Shown: positions 12,186 through 23,763, numbered from the whole stretch's first letter. The stretch is 63,406 bases of DNA, filler included, from 13 parts of 13 records of this genome joined end to end with filler, not necessarily neighbours in it; one strand, 5' to 3'. Numbers and translations are program-made. The notes: generated by a model from the letters alone, not told the origin.

Positions 12186-13198
12186 ATGGTCATGGACGAC
12201 AGTGCGGCGAGCAGCGAGCCCAGCGCAAGGCCCGAGGAGCAGCCCGAGGAGCCGCCGGCCGACGAAAGGCCGAAGGTCCGGTCGGTGGACAACCTTCTGC
12301 ACTGGGCCTGCAACAACGGCCACCTGCCCATGTGCCGCCGGCACGTGTCGAACGGCGCCGAGGTCACCGCCCAAGTCATGGTGCGGCGCCCCCCTCGCCC
12401 CCGGCCAGCCGGGCGCAGGGATCCTACCCGGTCCACCGGCTGGCCGCGTCGCACGCTGACTATCCGGAGATCTTAGAGTATCTGCTAGAGGAGCGGGCCG
12501 ACCCGTCCGCCCGCAACACGGTGAAGCCTCGGCGCGGCCGGCGGCCAGCCGGGGCGGCAGCCCGGGAACGAGACCGCGCTCCACTTCGCGGCGCTGCAGG
12601 GCAACCTGGAGGTGGCGAAGATGCTGGTGCAAGCTGGGGCCGACCCGAATGCCGTGGATGACGTGCCTTGGCTCCCCCGGCGCTCGGCTGATGGGTGTGG
12701 GCTCCAGGCGGGCAACAAGCCGGTCGACTATACCGACCGTCAGATGTCCGGGTTCGAATATGTGCGCCGGCTGCCGGTCGGCTGGCCTCTCAAGTGGCGC
12801 AGGTGGTCGAGCCTAGGAGGACCAGGGTGTTGGAGGGTCAGCGCAGCATCGCAGAGTACCTCGAAGGTCTGGCCAGCGGTCTGCCCATCGGAAAGCCCCA
12901 TGCGGCCGACCAGTCCCCCGAGCCACCGGCCTTGGTGCCGCCGGAGGAGCCTGAGGAGGAGGTGCCGGTCACGCCTCCTCCAGCGGCAGCGGCCGCGGCA
13001 TCGCCCAAATCGCCCATGACACCGCTCATGCGCTTATCCTTCCTGGAGGAGACGATCGGGCTGGAGGAAGGCAAGGGTGGGATGCAGGAGCGCCTAGCCG
13101 AACTTGAGCATTCGGTGTTTTCGCGAAGCTATGTGGGTGAAGGCCCGTTGCCGAAGAGGATCAAAGAACTAGAGGAGGCGATGGGCCTTGAGATGTAG
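12186..13198 (+). CDS. Ankyrin-repeat protein with C-terminal RLxxLE repeat tail
   Basis: Spliced (4 introns of 38-45 nt): LLHWACNNGHL, ETALHFAALQGNLEVAKMLVQAGADPNAVD, GNKPVDY. Confidence 0.8.
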
Positions 13199-13382
13199 TG
13201 TTATGGGGCACCCAATAACTGCTTCGATTGTTAGTATGTATGTTAAAAATGACGATAATTTCCTCAGTTAATCATTCTTAGTACCTGTATGTACGTAGTT
13301 AATATTAATACGTGTTCTGCTTGCTCATGATTGTTCATCATGCCAGGCTCGACCCATCTCAGTTTCGAAGAGGCACCGGGAC

Positions 13383-14952
13383 ATGAAGACCTGCGGTGTT
13401 TTGTCAGTGGCTCTGGTCGTGCTTGCTGTGGGGCTCCCGGTGGCTGAGCCGCAGAGCGGCATCTGGCCCAAGCCCGACACCTCCCTTCAGGCCTGAGAAG
13501 AAGTGTTGGGCCGCCCCTGACCGGCCGCAGGAATTCCTCTCAAGCTTCGCGTCGCCCTACCCCTTGGAGAACCACTATGTCACCACCGACGACGGCTACA
13601 TCCTGTAGCTCGCGCCCACAGCCCCGCGTTGAGCTGGTCGGCCAGCCACCTGCACCGGCTTGGGCGCCCCGGCGCCCCTGTCGTCTTCCTGCAGCACGGG
13701 GTGCGCTCGCTGCCCTATAGCTTTAAAAACCGGCAGGTGTTGGCGAGCTCCTGGTGCTGGCTGATTAACAACGAGTCGGCCGCCCCGGGGCTGGCGCTGT
13801 ACCGGCTCGGGTACGACGTGTGGATGGGCAACTCGCGTGGGAATCGATTCTCCCGGAACCATACCAGTCTACCAGTGGAATCCCAGGGCTTCTGGAATTA
13901 CACCTTCGCCGACATGGGCCGTCACGACCTGCCGGCGGCGATCAACTACACGCTGACGCACACTGGGGCCCACACGCTCTCGCTGGTGGCCTGGTCGCAG
14001 GGTGCGGACACAGCCAGCATGGGATCGGTGAGCGTGCGAGTGCAGGCACAACACAGACCTGGATAGCTGGTGTACAGCCCGGGCTAAAGGACTGGCTGGC
14101 CGCACGGATCAATTTCTTCGGGGCGCTGAGTCCCGTCTCATTCATGTACCACTCGTCATCCTCACTGCTCACTGTGTGCTCTCGGTTCAACCTGGGTGCC
14201 CGCTTGTTAATCTCGGGACTCAGACTGAGGACAGGCGCGGCGATTGAGGATCTATACCCGTACTGCCCGGCCGCTGGGTTGGTGCGAGCGGATCGGGCAG
14301 GTATGGTTTCCTGGACGGAGGGGCTACCATGGATTCCCTTGAGCAATACCTCTGGTGACGCGCGTGTTTTTCAACTGACGGAGGTGCAGCAAGCTCACGT
14401 TTGGCGAGCTGTGCAAGATCACTGTGCAAGTGATTTGCGGCGAGTCCGGCCTGGACGACAAGCAACGGATCGAGGACTTGACGAGTCACTTCCCGGCCGG
14501 AACTTCTGTCAAGGACCTGTCGCATTACGAGCAGTTTATTGGAGAGTGGGGTAAGTCCGCTCGAGAGTTCTTCGGCGAGTACGACTATGGCACATCCGGG
14601 AATAACGCCCAGTACGGCCAGCCCAACCCGCCTGCCTATGACATGAAAGACTTTGCGATCAAGTACGTTTTGTGTGCTGTGGCTTTAGCTGACTGGTGGC
14701 ACAGGCCAACTGCCATGTTCTTGGCTGGCAACGACGACTTGGTGGCGGCAGCCGACTACGCGGCGCTTCAAAAGCAGCTGCCCCCCGAGGTGCTGAGCAG
14801 TTGTGGGGTGCGGGCGGAGGCTAGAGCAGGTGATACGGTTCAACAAGACTTATCACGGCTTCTCGCACATGACCTGGGTCGTGGGCGTCGAGCAGTCCTG
14901 GACCTGGCTGGATGACCTGACCCAGCTCCTCGCCAAGTTCAACCCGGTATGA
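13383..14952 (+). CDS. LIPA: Lysosomal acid lipase / gastric lipase family alpha/beta hydrolase
   Basis: Signal peptide, ENHYVTTDDGYILHLHR, VVFLQHGVLASS, GYDVWMGNSRGN, nucleophile AWSQGTT, PAGTSVK, NDDL and FSHMTW. Introns include 13491-13530 (GC-AG), 13605-13645, 13701-13736 and 14002-14045. Confidence 0.92.
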
Positions 14953-15209
14953 TCGTCCCAAGAGTTGAACGGCGGTGCCGATCGCCGGAATCTCCGAGAA
15001 AATCATGCTTTTACGTACGAGTAGGTACTCATGAGTACGAGTCACGTACAGTACGAGTACGGTGCCAGCAGCCTTACAGCAACCTAATGTAATCTGCATT
15101 ATTTAAACCCAGATACAGATAGAATTTTCCGGTTACATGTATAATTGTGTTATTGTGATCATGTCTAAAGTCGCTTGACGAGTGCGAGTGCACGAGTACT
15201 GTACACGAC

Positions 15210-15826
15210 TCATAGTAACTGCTGTGCGAACCCGATCTGCACGAGCAATGCCAACAGTGCGGCCCAAACGGCCAGTTGGACTCTGCCCGCCGCGCAGGTG
15301 AGGTCGCAGCTAACCTTGTAGAACGCCGAGCAGCTGCCCCTGGCTCAGCCCGCCCGCACGGCAGCTCACTCAATCCAGTCGCTGTCTGCCCGCGGCTCCG
15401 TGAACGGCCCCTTGAGCCCGCAGACACAGGTGTCACAGGGCCACTCCCACTCCGTACACCGGTCGGTGCAAATCGCGTTCAGGCACATTTTGGCCGAGAT
15501 CACCCGATCTGCCCCGATTGTGCCCCGCATGCCATACTTGCAGTTACTAGTGGTGCACGGCTGCCAGCCAGCGGTGGGCAGCCAGCCTGGGACGGCGGCA
15601 CCTGGCCCAGCACAGTGCAGGCGTCTCCGTTCGCCTCAAACCCGCCGTACCACTCCCGCTCTGTGGTGCAGGTCGGGTCTAGGTCCCACAGTGTGCCGAA
15701 CTTCTCCATGCAGACCCATCCCGGCTTGTACGTGTAGGTCGGCTTGGCATCGAATGCGAGGCTTACACGACACAAGCACAGCAGCACAAGCCACCGCAGG
15801 CAATCCTGACTGGCGCGGCCTTGCAT
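15210..15826 (-). CDS. Small Cys-rich secreted, possibly GPI-anchored protein
   Basis: Signal-like WLVLLCLCRVSLA and many Cys. Removing two short introns gives a hydrophobic C-terminal tail (VQLAVWAALLALLVQIGFAQQLL*). Confidence 0.55.
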
Positions 15827-16144
15827 CAAGGTCAACACCACACCCGCCCCTGCCTGGGCTTCATTCTGATTGCGAACACGGACCTCAGAGGTTTCTACCC
15901 CACTCAAGAGTCTCAGATTGCCCTCATATTCACCCTTCGATCAGATTCGAGATGATTATACGAGTTTGGTCAAATTGTGATTCCATTTAAATACTGATTA
16001 CGCGAGGCACAAGGTTTGCCAACTATAAAGTAAGTACTACTCGTATGAGTAATTACTTGACTAGTGCTCAAGGATTAATCAATCGCGATTTGACAATTCG
16101 ACTACGTAGATTTGGCGCACTAAACGCGCGTGCTTCACTTGCAG

Positions 16145-16964
16145 CTATCGCTTGTTCTGTAGATTCCACTTTTTCATCACATTGCTGCCTTGCGTCTTCA
16201 TCACATCGGCCCCGTGACTGTTGGACGCCCATGCTGAGCTGCTACTTGCCGGCTTATTCGATGGCAGGTATCCCGACAGCTTCTTGAGCGCCTGCCAGCG
16301 CCGCTAACCCGCCGCCCAGCCCCGCAGCCGCACCGCCATTGCTCGCTCTTTGGCTGTCATCGGCTTCGGTGGCGGTGCCGCTGGCTCTGGCTCGGCCTTT
16401 GGCGGCTCCACGGCAGCTGGGGCGGCCAGCTCCGGCTTCTTGGGCTCCTTTGCACCCTCTGGTGCACTTTCCGCCTCCCGCTTCCTGCCCCCGGGATTCA
16501 GGCCGGCTGCCTGGCCCGTTCAGACCGTTGAGGCTCGTCCCTCCGGTCGTCCCTGCGGTCGTCCCTCCGGTCGTCCCTCCGGTCCCTATCGCCCCGCCTG
16601 TCATCTCGCCTGTCGTCCCTTCGCTCGTCCCTTCGCTCGTCCCTGCGGTCATCCCTGCGGTCATCCCTGCGGCTGTCCCTGCGGTCGTCCCGCCTATCCC
16701 GCGACCTGTAGCTGTCCTCCCGTCTGTCCCTGTCACGGTTGCTGTCCCTTCGGTCGTCCCGCTTGGATTCTCTGTCGTCTCGCCTGTCTCGTCCCGGCTC
16801 GCGCCCATCTCTGTTGTCCCTGTTATAATCCCGATCGTAGCCCCGGTTGTTACCATCTCCTTTGCCATAGTCCCTCTCTTGCCCACCCCGCTGGTTATTG
16901 TACCCACCATATGAGGCCTGCCCGCCCTGACCCGGCGCATCCAGGTCCCGGTAGCTGCCGCCCT
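16145..16964 (-). CDS. 3' part of an Arg/Asp-rich low-complexity protein (RD-repeat, RNA-processing-factor-like)
   Basis: A minus frame without ATG reads RDRRDDRRDSRRDDRRDDRRDERRDE..., from 12-nt repeats at about 16540-16760. One intron precedes the last exon. Truncated by the contig end. Confidence 0.6.
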
Positions 16965-17402
16965 NNNNNNNNNNNNNNNNNNNNNNNNNNNNNNNNNNNN
17001 NNNNNNNNTTAATTAATTAANNNNNNNNNNNNNNNNNNNNNNNNNNNNNNNNNNNNNNNNNNNNGTCGAGAGGAGCACCAGCAATAGTAGACGCCGTGGA
17101 GCCATCGGAATGTTAAGCCACCGCCTCAAAAGGAAAGACCCTTCCAGCTTGTGATTCCAGTCAGTTGTCATCAACTGTCAGCTCAGCTACGCTTGCTACT
17201 AGCTTGATTAATGCATCTAATCTTCTCATATCGAGTTTAAAATTAATGTGTTACAAGTATGAGAAATTTACAAGACTTAGTCCATTGTAAGCCTACTGAA
17301 CTGCATGGAATCCCATGGATGACTAACAACGACATTGGCATCGGTTCTACTCGCCAATTTTGGGGTTCAGTTGCTATTTGATTTTAGCGGACGCAAAGCA
17401 GA

Positions 17403-19738
17403 TCACACACACGTCTCCGGGATGGCTGCGCATGCAGCGATTCGTGAGTAGGAATTGATGCCTTCAAAGTGCTCATAAAAGTCTCCCGCCTCAATCCAAA
17501 ACCCGCCAGCGCACCCGTCGGCCTCAGGTCCAACACACTCCCTCAGTTGAGAAGTCCAACTAGTCTGGTCAGCCGGGCAGAATCTGCCGGACCAAGTGGA
17601 GTGTCCCCATGGGTTCCTCAACTGAATCAAGCACAATTTGGGACTGGCCCGCACTAGCCGCAGCACACTGTAATCGTGCCCTCGCACAATCCCGGATTGC
17701 TCTTTGAATCCACTCACACAACAGATGTCACCTTGTAACTGCCAGCCCTCGAGCATCTCGACGCAGGCTGCCGTGTCCGCAGGTCGGACTTCTGTTCTGT
17801 CCGGGCCCTGCCAGCTCATGTGCAGCCCTCGAGCGTTCAGCGGCTCAAACCCCATGCACCGATACGGATAGACATCAGCAAAGCACTCCTCGTCATCCTG
17901 CTCCGGCTCCTCGCCTCCATCCTCGTCCTGGTCCGAGCTACTTCCGCTATCCGAGTCGTCACCGGCCAGCTTCACGAACCCACCGGCCACTTTTGCCCAG
18001 CTCTTCTCGAGCAGGGTGTACTGATGCAACCCAGGTGTGCCAGACCTACCGAGCAACCTGCACGGCACTCTATCGTCTGTCACCACAAATCGCCACCCGG
18101 ACACCGGCGCGCACCACAGCCTGAGCACCACGATCCCGTGCTCCAGTAGCGCAGGGCTGATCGGACTTAGCATGTGCTGCAGTAGCTCACTATGCACTGG
18201 GTGGCTCGAGAGCGCCGACACAAATGAAGTTAATTTACAGCTCCCCCACTCGCCTTGAAGCAGTTCGCCCAGCGGGTTGCCCTGCTCCGACATCGCGCAC
18301 AGCGGGATCATCCCAAGCCGCCGATAGCTGCGCTGCTCTGCTCCGGCTTCCTCGGACGGTTCACGGCCGAAAAAGTCTGAAAAAAGCGGATCTGTGAACT
18401 GAACACCTGCAGCTTGACAAAGAGCAACAAGCTTTGCACTCGGGTCGTGGGTAAGGAAGGTGCCAACTGGTGCGTGCGGGAAGCTGGCTTTGATTGCAGC
18501 CAGGCCCTCAGGCCCGTCGGCGTGCTCTGTCAGTACCGCGAGCAGTCGTGCTTGCAGTTCATCGCTCGGTGCGGCCTCCTCTCGTTGGCCGAACTGATTC
18601 AACCGCCTCATCGTCTCAGCCGAAGGCGGACAGAGAGTCGGAAGCACGGTCCGTGTGTAGAGCTCCCACGCAGTTGGTAGCTTGGCCCTACACGGCAGGG
18701 CTCAGAGCAGGGGCCGAGGCTAGGGTCTCACCGGAGCTCGTCGGACCTGCGAACTGTCCACTCAGCCTCTGGCGCTCCTGTCGATTGATTGAATGGGCCA
18801 AACTCAGCCTGCAGGTCCCAGGCGGTGGTAATCAGCCAATAACCAAACTCCTGGAGCTCGACGCGGAGCAGTTCGGCCGGGTTCCCCACCACCTCCTCCT
18901 CATAGTCTGATACATCGTACAGCCCAGCTGCTATCGCTTGCTTCATGCACGCATTAAGGGCCGAGTTCTCATCCAGGCCCCAGTCGGCAGGGTAGGCGTG
19001 GTGCATCCCGACGTCGGTGATGTGGTGCAGCACGTGCTCTAGAACCTCCATAGGCTGGCTCTCCACCCCCTGTCCTATCCGATCGCAAACCGACCAGCTC
19101 CCGGCTCCCGTCGGCTCAGGCGCCGATTCGTCCTCGCCGTACGACACTGGGCAGAGCGCCTGGTACCTGTGACAGCACTGGATCACCCGCAACTGTGCCT
19201 CGGTGTCGATCTGCTCGGACGGGCGGAGTATCTCCGCCGTGACCGCCGCCACAGCTTCAAGGAAGCTGGGAGTCGTGTCCGGGCAGCCGAGGTACTCGAC
19301 CCCACACGCCGCCACCCGCTGCGTGAAGTCCGGTCCGAACGCGGAAGTTGGCTCGACCGCACCCACCCGGTAAGGGGTTTGGGTGGCAGGCCGCTGCGGC
19401 TCCCTCTGCACGCATCCGCCCAGCAGACAGGCGCTGTCGCAGGAGCCCTCATCGTCGCTGCTTCCACTGTCCGCAGGCCTCAGGTCGCCCGCAGGGAGGT
19501 GGTCCTGCGGGCAGCTTTCCAACAAGCTGGCCACGTGCTCGATTGCGGCCAGTGCTGCGGCCGGGCCGTCTCGGGCCGCCTTGCGCACCCGGCGTTCGAG
19601 CTTGTCCAGGGCGCGCTCCTGCTTGGACGAGGGCCTGAGTTGGTCCAGGCACTGGCCCACCGCCGCGCCCCGCCCGTCCACGTACTCAGCCCGCAGTGCG
19701 GCCAGGAAGGCCCGCTTTGCCGGCTCGAAAGTTGCCAT
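17403..19738 (-). CDS. Fusion of an uncharacterised EHxxH-containing domain with a calpain (C2) catalytic domain
   Basis: GT-AG intron 18688-18731 joins ORF 18728..19738 in frame to ORF 17403..18647. Calpain motifs FTDPLF, QGEWGSC, VVTDDRVP, LLEKSWAK, GHDYSV, LRNPWG and GGFWI. Confidence 0.75.
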
Positions 19739-19863
19739 TCTGTCTGCAGCTTCAGCTGCAGATCAGCTGCAGAACTCACTCTTGAGCACTCACTGGAGGG
19801 CTTGTGTGCGGATTCCGCCTCCCGAGCGCCGACCGACAAACATGGCCGGCAGACGGAACAAAA

Positions 19864-20613
19864 ATGGGCGAGGCTTGCGTTAGGGACTACGTCTTGGCAG
19901 TGCTCGCTTTCGGGCTGATGCACCGCATGCACGGCTGGCTGCTGGCCCGCGCTTGCCCAAGCCGGTTCGCCTGCGATCGAAAGGCCCGCTGGTTTGGGGC
20001 CGAGTGCTGCAACGCGTTTGTGCACAGCTCCGTGGTGACGCTCCTGTGCGGGAGCGGACTGTGCCGGAGCTGGGCACGCCACGGCTGGTTCACATACGAT
20101 GGGCCGAACGCGCCGGAGCTGGAGCTCGCGCTCGTGATCATGCTCGGCTACTTCACCATCGACCTCATGTCGATGAACGCCAACTGGATCCTGAACGGTG
20201 CGCGGTTCCCAGCCGTCTGGAATCTCCACCACGGCGCTTGTGCGGTTTATCTTGTGGCCTGCCTGGCGCTCGGCATCGGCGCGGAGACGGCAGCGGTCGG
20301 GGCTTTTATGGCCGAAATCACCAACCCAGTCCAGAGCGCCTGGACGCTGGCGAAGGCGGCGGGCCGGTCTGATGTTCACGCAGCCCTCACGCCGGTGTTT
20401 GCATATTCCTTCACGGTCATGCGCTGCGTGGTGTCCCCGGTGTGGTCAGCGGACGTGGTGTGGTTTTGCCTGTTCACAGATAATAAGTTTGGGCGATGGG
20501 GCTGGCTGTTCGCATTTTTGTGCATCGCCGTCAATGTCGGGGGGTTTGCTTGGACTTACCAGCTCTGGCGTGCAATACGCAAGCGGCGCACGTTTTTGAC
20601 CGATAACATGTAG
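19864..20613 (+). CDS. TLC (TRAM/LAG1/CLN8) domain membrane protein
   Basis: Multiple TM helices with NAFVHS, GYFTIDL, LHHG, AEITNP and FTVMR motifs. Confidence 0.8.
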   Translation: MGEACVRDYVLAVLAFGLMHRMHGWLLARACPSRFACDRKARWFGAECCNAFVHSSVVTLLCGSGLCRSWARHGWFTYDGPNAPELELALVIMLGYFTIDLMSMNANWILNGARFPAVWNLHHGACAVYLVACLALGIGAETAAVGAFMAEITNPVQSAWTLAKAAGRSDVHAALTPVFAYSFTVMRCVVSPVWSADVVWFCLFTDNKFGRWGWLFAFLCIAVNVGGFAWTYQLWRAIRKRRTFLTDNM

Positions 20614-20982
20614 GATGCTTTTCAACACGCGAGGGGAGCCTCATGTTTGCCTAACCCTAACCTTTGCTGTTTTATTGCGTTGAGCGGGCTGTGAGCATGC
20701 AGCCATGGAGCCTTATGTCGCGATGGATGAGGACGCTCATGACAATATACGGCGTATTCATATTCGCCGTATTATTTTTATCATAATGACAAAGTATACG
20801 GCGAATATTAATGTCACAGCACGTGCCTACAATCAATTAAATTAAGCCCACTAAGCCCACTATTGTGGCTTAGATGTTTAATAATTATGTCCATCTATAT
20901 ATGCCATTCCGCTTTCAGTCTTCACTGGTCATGGTCCTCTTCTTCATGAATCTTCAAACCCTTCGCCAACAATGCGCCATCA

Positions 20983-22296
20983 TCAAATTTCATCACCTTC
21001 GCCATCATCAAATTGCATCATTGGATCAAAACCAATCGGCTCAAAGTCCCCGTCCTCGTCCTCGTCCCCAAAGTCATCAAACGCCACATGCTCCTCCCCG
21101 TCGCTGTAGTCAATCGAGGTATAGTCTGTCCAGCTATCATCACTTGGACTCAATTCTTCCTGGTCTTTCTCAAACTGTTCTGCACCGGCACTAGGCTCAC
21201 GCCCGCCCACCAGCCCTCTCACCCTTCACTGTAGCAGCTGCTTGCACAATATACCGCCGTAGCGCCGTCCGGCCCCTCGCTGCCGCCCGGCTCCCGTCTA
21301 CCGGCAGCCATCCGTACCTCCAGGCTGCGGCCACGGGATCGGCTCGGGTGGGCACATCAGCGCGTCGGCCTCGTAACTTGCGATATCAAACGCAAACGCT
21401 GATCTGCCGAAGTTAAACTCGATCACCTGCCGACGCAACCGAATCTGCCCCGCCCGCACACCCCAGGCTACCGAGAACGTGTCCAGTCCGGCCGCGGGGT
21501 GCAAGTGAGACAGCATGGCCCGAGCGTCAGTCTGGTAAGCCGGGCCAAGCCAGTCGCCATTCTTCGTAAAAAACACAAGACCGCGTCGGAAGTCTATCCC
21601 AGCCCCAATCGTGTCGCCACAGCCATAGGTCGGCCCGTACACATCGCCCGTCATCCCGTTTTCTCCATTGAAAATGTGGCCGTCGTCGCCGTGGTACCCG
21701 AAACTGCCGGGTATCCACCCGGGCTGGTGATCAACGCTCGGGAAATGACGATCGACCAGACCTATTGAGACCATCTCCGGCGGGGTCCACGAGCGGGCTT
21801 GCCCGTCGGCGCCCTCCGGCAGGATCCGGATCTCAAAGTAAGCCACGCAGCTCACCCCGACCTCCACCTCATTCCGTTGCCACCGGGCTGCAGTGTGCGC
21901 CATCCCGCACCGCCAGCCCGGGAACCGGGTCCGGGCCCGCACCACCCGGTCACCCCCGAGGGTCTCGACCGGTCCAGTGTACACGCACCGATGGGCGCTC
22001 AGGAGCACCAGGTCCTCACACGGCCCACCGGGCGGTGCAGGGTCGAGCGATATGGGCATCGGGTGGGTCAGCCGGATCAGCGCCGGCCACGGGGCCGCCC
22101 CGCGCTGCGAGTGCCGTTGGACCAGCCGGTGATGGTCGGCGCCCCACAGCCGGGCCAGGTGCCGCCGCCAGAGCAGCCCCTCGCGCCCGGCGGTGTGCGC
22201 GTGCCAGGCGCGGCAGCTGGCGCCGGCGAGGGCCAGGCTGGGGGCGGGCAGGCAGGCCAGCACCTCCCAGGTCAGCTCGGGCGTCAGCTGATCCAT
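20983..22296 (-). CDS. F-box + SPRY (RanBP9/10-type) protein with acidic tail
   Basis: MDQLTPELTWEVLACLPAPSLALAGASCRAW (F-box). SPRY motifs YFEIRI, QPGW..SFGYHGDDG, YGPTYGCGDTIGAG, VFFTKNG and FNFG. Three short introns. Confidence 0.88.
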
Positions 22297-22797
22297 CCTG
22301 GACAGATCGGCAAACCCAGCCCTGGAAGCGCCTCACCCAACAAATAAAATTGTTTTAGCCAGGATGGCTCAAGNNNNNNNNNNNNNNNNNNNNNNNNNNN
22401 NNNNNNNNNNNNNNNNNTTAATTAATTAANNNNNNNNNNNNNNNNNNNNNNNNNNNNNNNNNNNNNNNNNNNNAAGAGTTTGGAGCTTGCCTGAGCGCTG
22501 CGGCGGAGGAGGACACATGAAGGAGGTGTTCATCTCTCGGTATTCTCTCGGCATCCCCGGGCTTGTCTAGCCGGGCTTCTGCCAAAGCGCCTTGTGAGCA
22601 TGTACAGATGTACAATACATCACAACTTCAGCTATAGCCAGCCCCGGTTACTGCTATACAGTCAGCCCTGGTTACAATTCGTACTACAAAACGCTCGTTA
22701 TATATCTGGTTGCGGTTGGCCGGTTGCGTACTGGTATATACTCGTACCAACCCTTCGATGAGTTCGTCTCGAGATACAACGTATTTATTGACTTATG

Positions 22798-23733
22798 CTA
22801 TAGTGCTGTATCAGGCCACAACTCATTGACAGGACGAAAATGTATGACTTGAATCGGGTCGTCCGGCTGAACGCCCGGGTAGAACTCGCCGAGCACTCGC
22901 TGCAATGCAGCTGCATCTGCCATCCCCTCGACCTCCGCCAACGCATCGTCGACCTGGTCAAACCTCCGCCACTCTATCCGCACAACAGACAGCACTTGCA
23001 CCGCCTTGCCCTTGCCCACAACTGCCAGGCACGGCCGGCCCTCCTGCCCGGGCTCAGCCCACAGCACAGCCTCCGCACACACCTGCAGCACATCGAGCTC
23101 GGAGCCGCGGTCGGTATCCCGCTCGCCGCGCACCCTGGTGGTCGCCAGCTTGCTGCCCGACCGAAGGACCTCCACAAACCGCGGCGCAAAGTGCACCCGC
23201 GGCAGCCAGCGCAGAACGCTCCCGTCTACAGGCTCCGGCGGCCCGCCCGCTACTTGGGCCACCGCGGCCGCAAGCTCGGCCTGGCAGCCTTCGAGCTGGC
23301 TGACGAACCCGCTGTTGGGCGCCACCCACGGCCGTGTCTGCTGGATCAGTTCCACCGCCGCTCCGGCCGTCCGGCCCTCCCGGTGGACCAACCAGCCGGC
23401 CAGCACCGCCGCGCTCCGCGACCGGCCGGCCACGCAGTAGACAAACACGGGCCGACCGCGCGCGGCGTGGATGAAGTCGAGCGCCCGGTGCAGGCCCTCC
23501 CGGATCGGCTGGTCCGGCTCGTCCCTCCAATCGAGCTCCAAGCCGACCGGCGGGCCATCCGGCTCCGCGAAGCAGCGCACCGCGTTCTCGATCCCGTGCG
23601 CGGCCAGCTTGTGCGGAGCGGCGGCGTCCACCGGCCCGATGAACAGCCCCGGGGCCACCTGCATCGGCTCGTCGTCCAGGAGCTCCACCACCACCTCCTC
23701 CTCCTCCTCCTCTGACTCGTCGACCTCAATCAT
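22798..23733 (-). CDS. Dual-specificity phosphatase fused to a C-terminal ASCH domain
   Basis: DSP: QVAPGLFIG, VFVYCVAGRSRS, RPWVAPNSGFVSQL. ASCH: VHFAPRFVEVLRSGSKLATTR...FDQVDDALAEVEG...LGEFYP...VIHF. Probable 39-nt in-frame intron within the ASCH domain. Confidence 0.82.
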   Translation of the reverse strand: MIEVDESEEEEEEVVVELLDDEPMQVAPGLFIGPVDAAAPHKLAAHGIENAVRCFAEPDGPPVGLELDWRDEPDQPIREGLHRALDFIHAARGRPVFVYCVAGRSRSAAVLAGWLVHREGRTAGAAVELIQQTRPWVAPNSGFVSQLEGCQAELAAAVAQVAGGPPEPVDGSVLRWLPRVHFAPRFVEVLRSGSKLATTRVRGERDTDRGSELDVLQVCAEAVLWAEPGQEGRPCLAVVGKGKAVQVLSVVRIEWRRFDQVDDALAEVEGMADAAALQRVLGEFYPGVQPDDPIQVIHFRPVNELWPDTAL

Positions 23734-23763
23734 TGCACCGATCAAAGAATCCGTTACTCATCA

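Noticed and set aside
13396-14952. Apparent frameshifts or stop codons suggesting pseudogenes or an alternative genetic code
   Set aside because: Each break I examined is removed by a short GT/GC-AG intron that restores conserved motifs under the standard code.
16540-16760. 12-nt tandem repeats (GTCGTCCCTGCG-like) as a CRISPR or satellite
   Set aside because: No unique spacers. They are codon-phase repeats encoding RDDR.
20650-20662. CCTAACCCTAACC telomere-like motif
   Set aside because: Only two units, internal to the contig, and plausible by chance.
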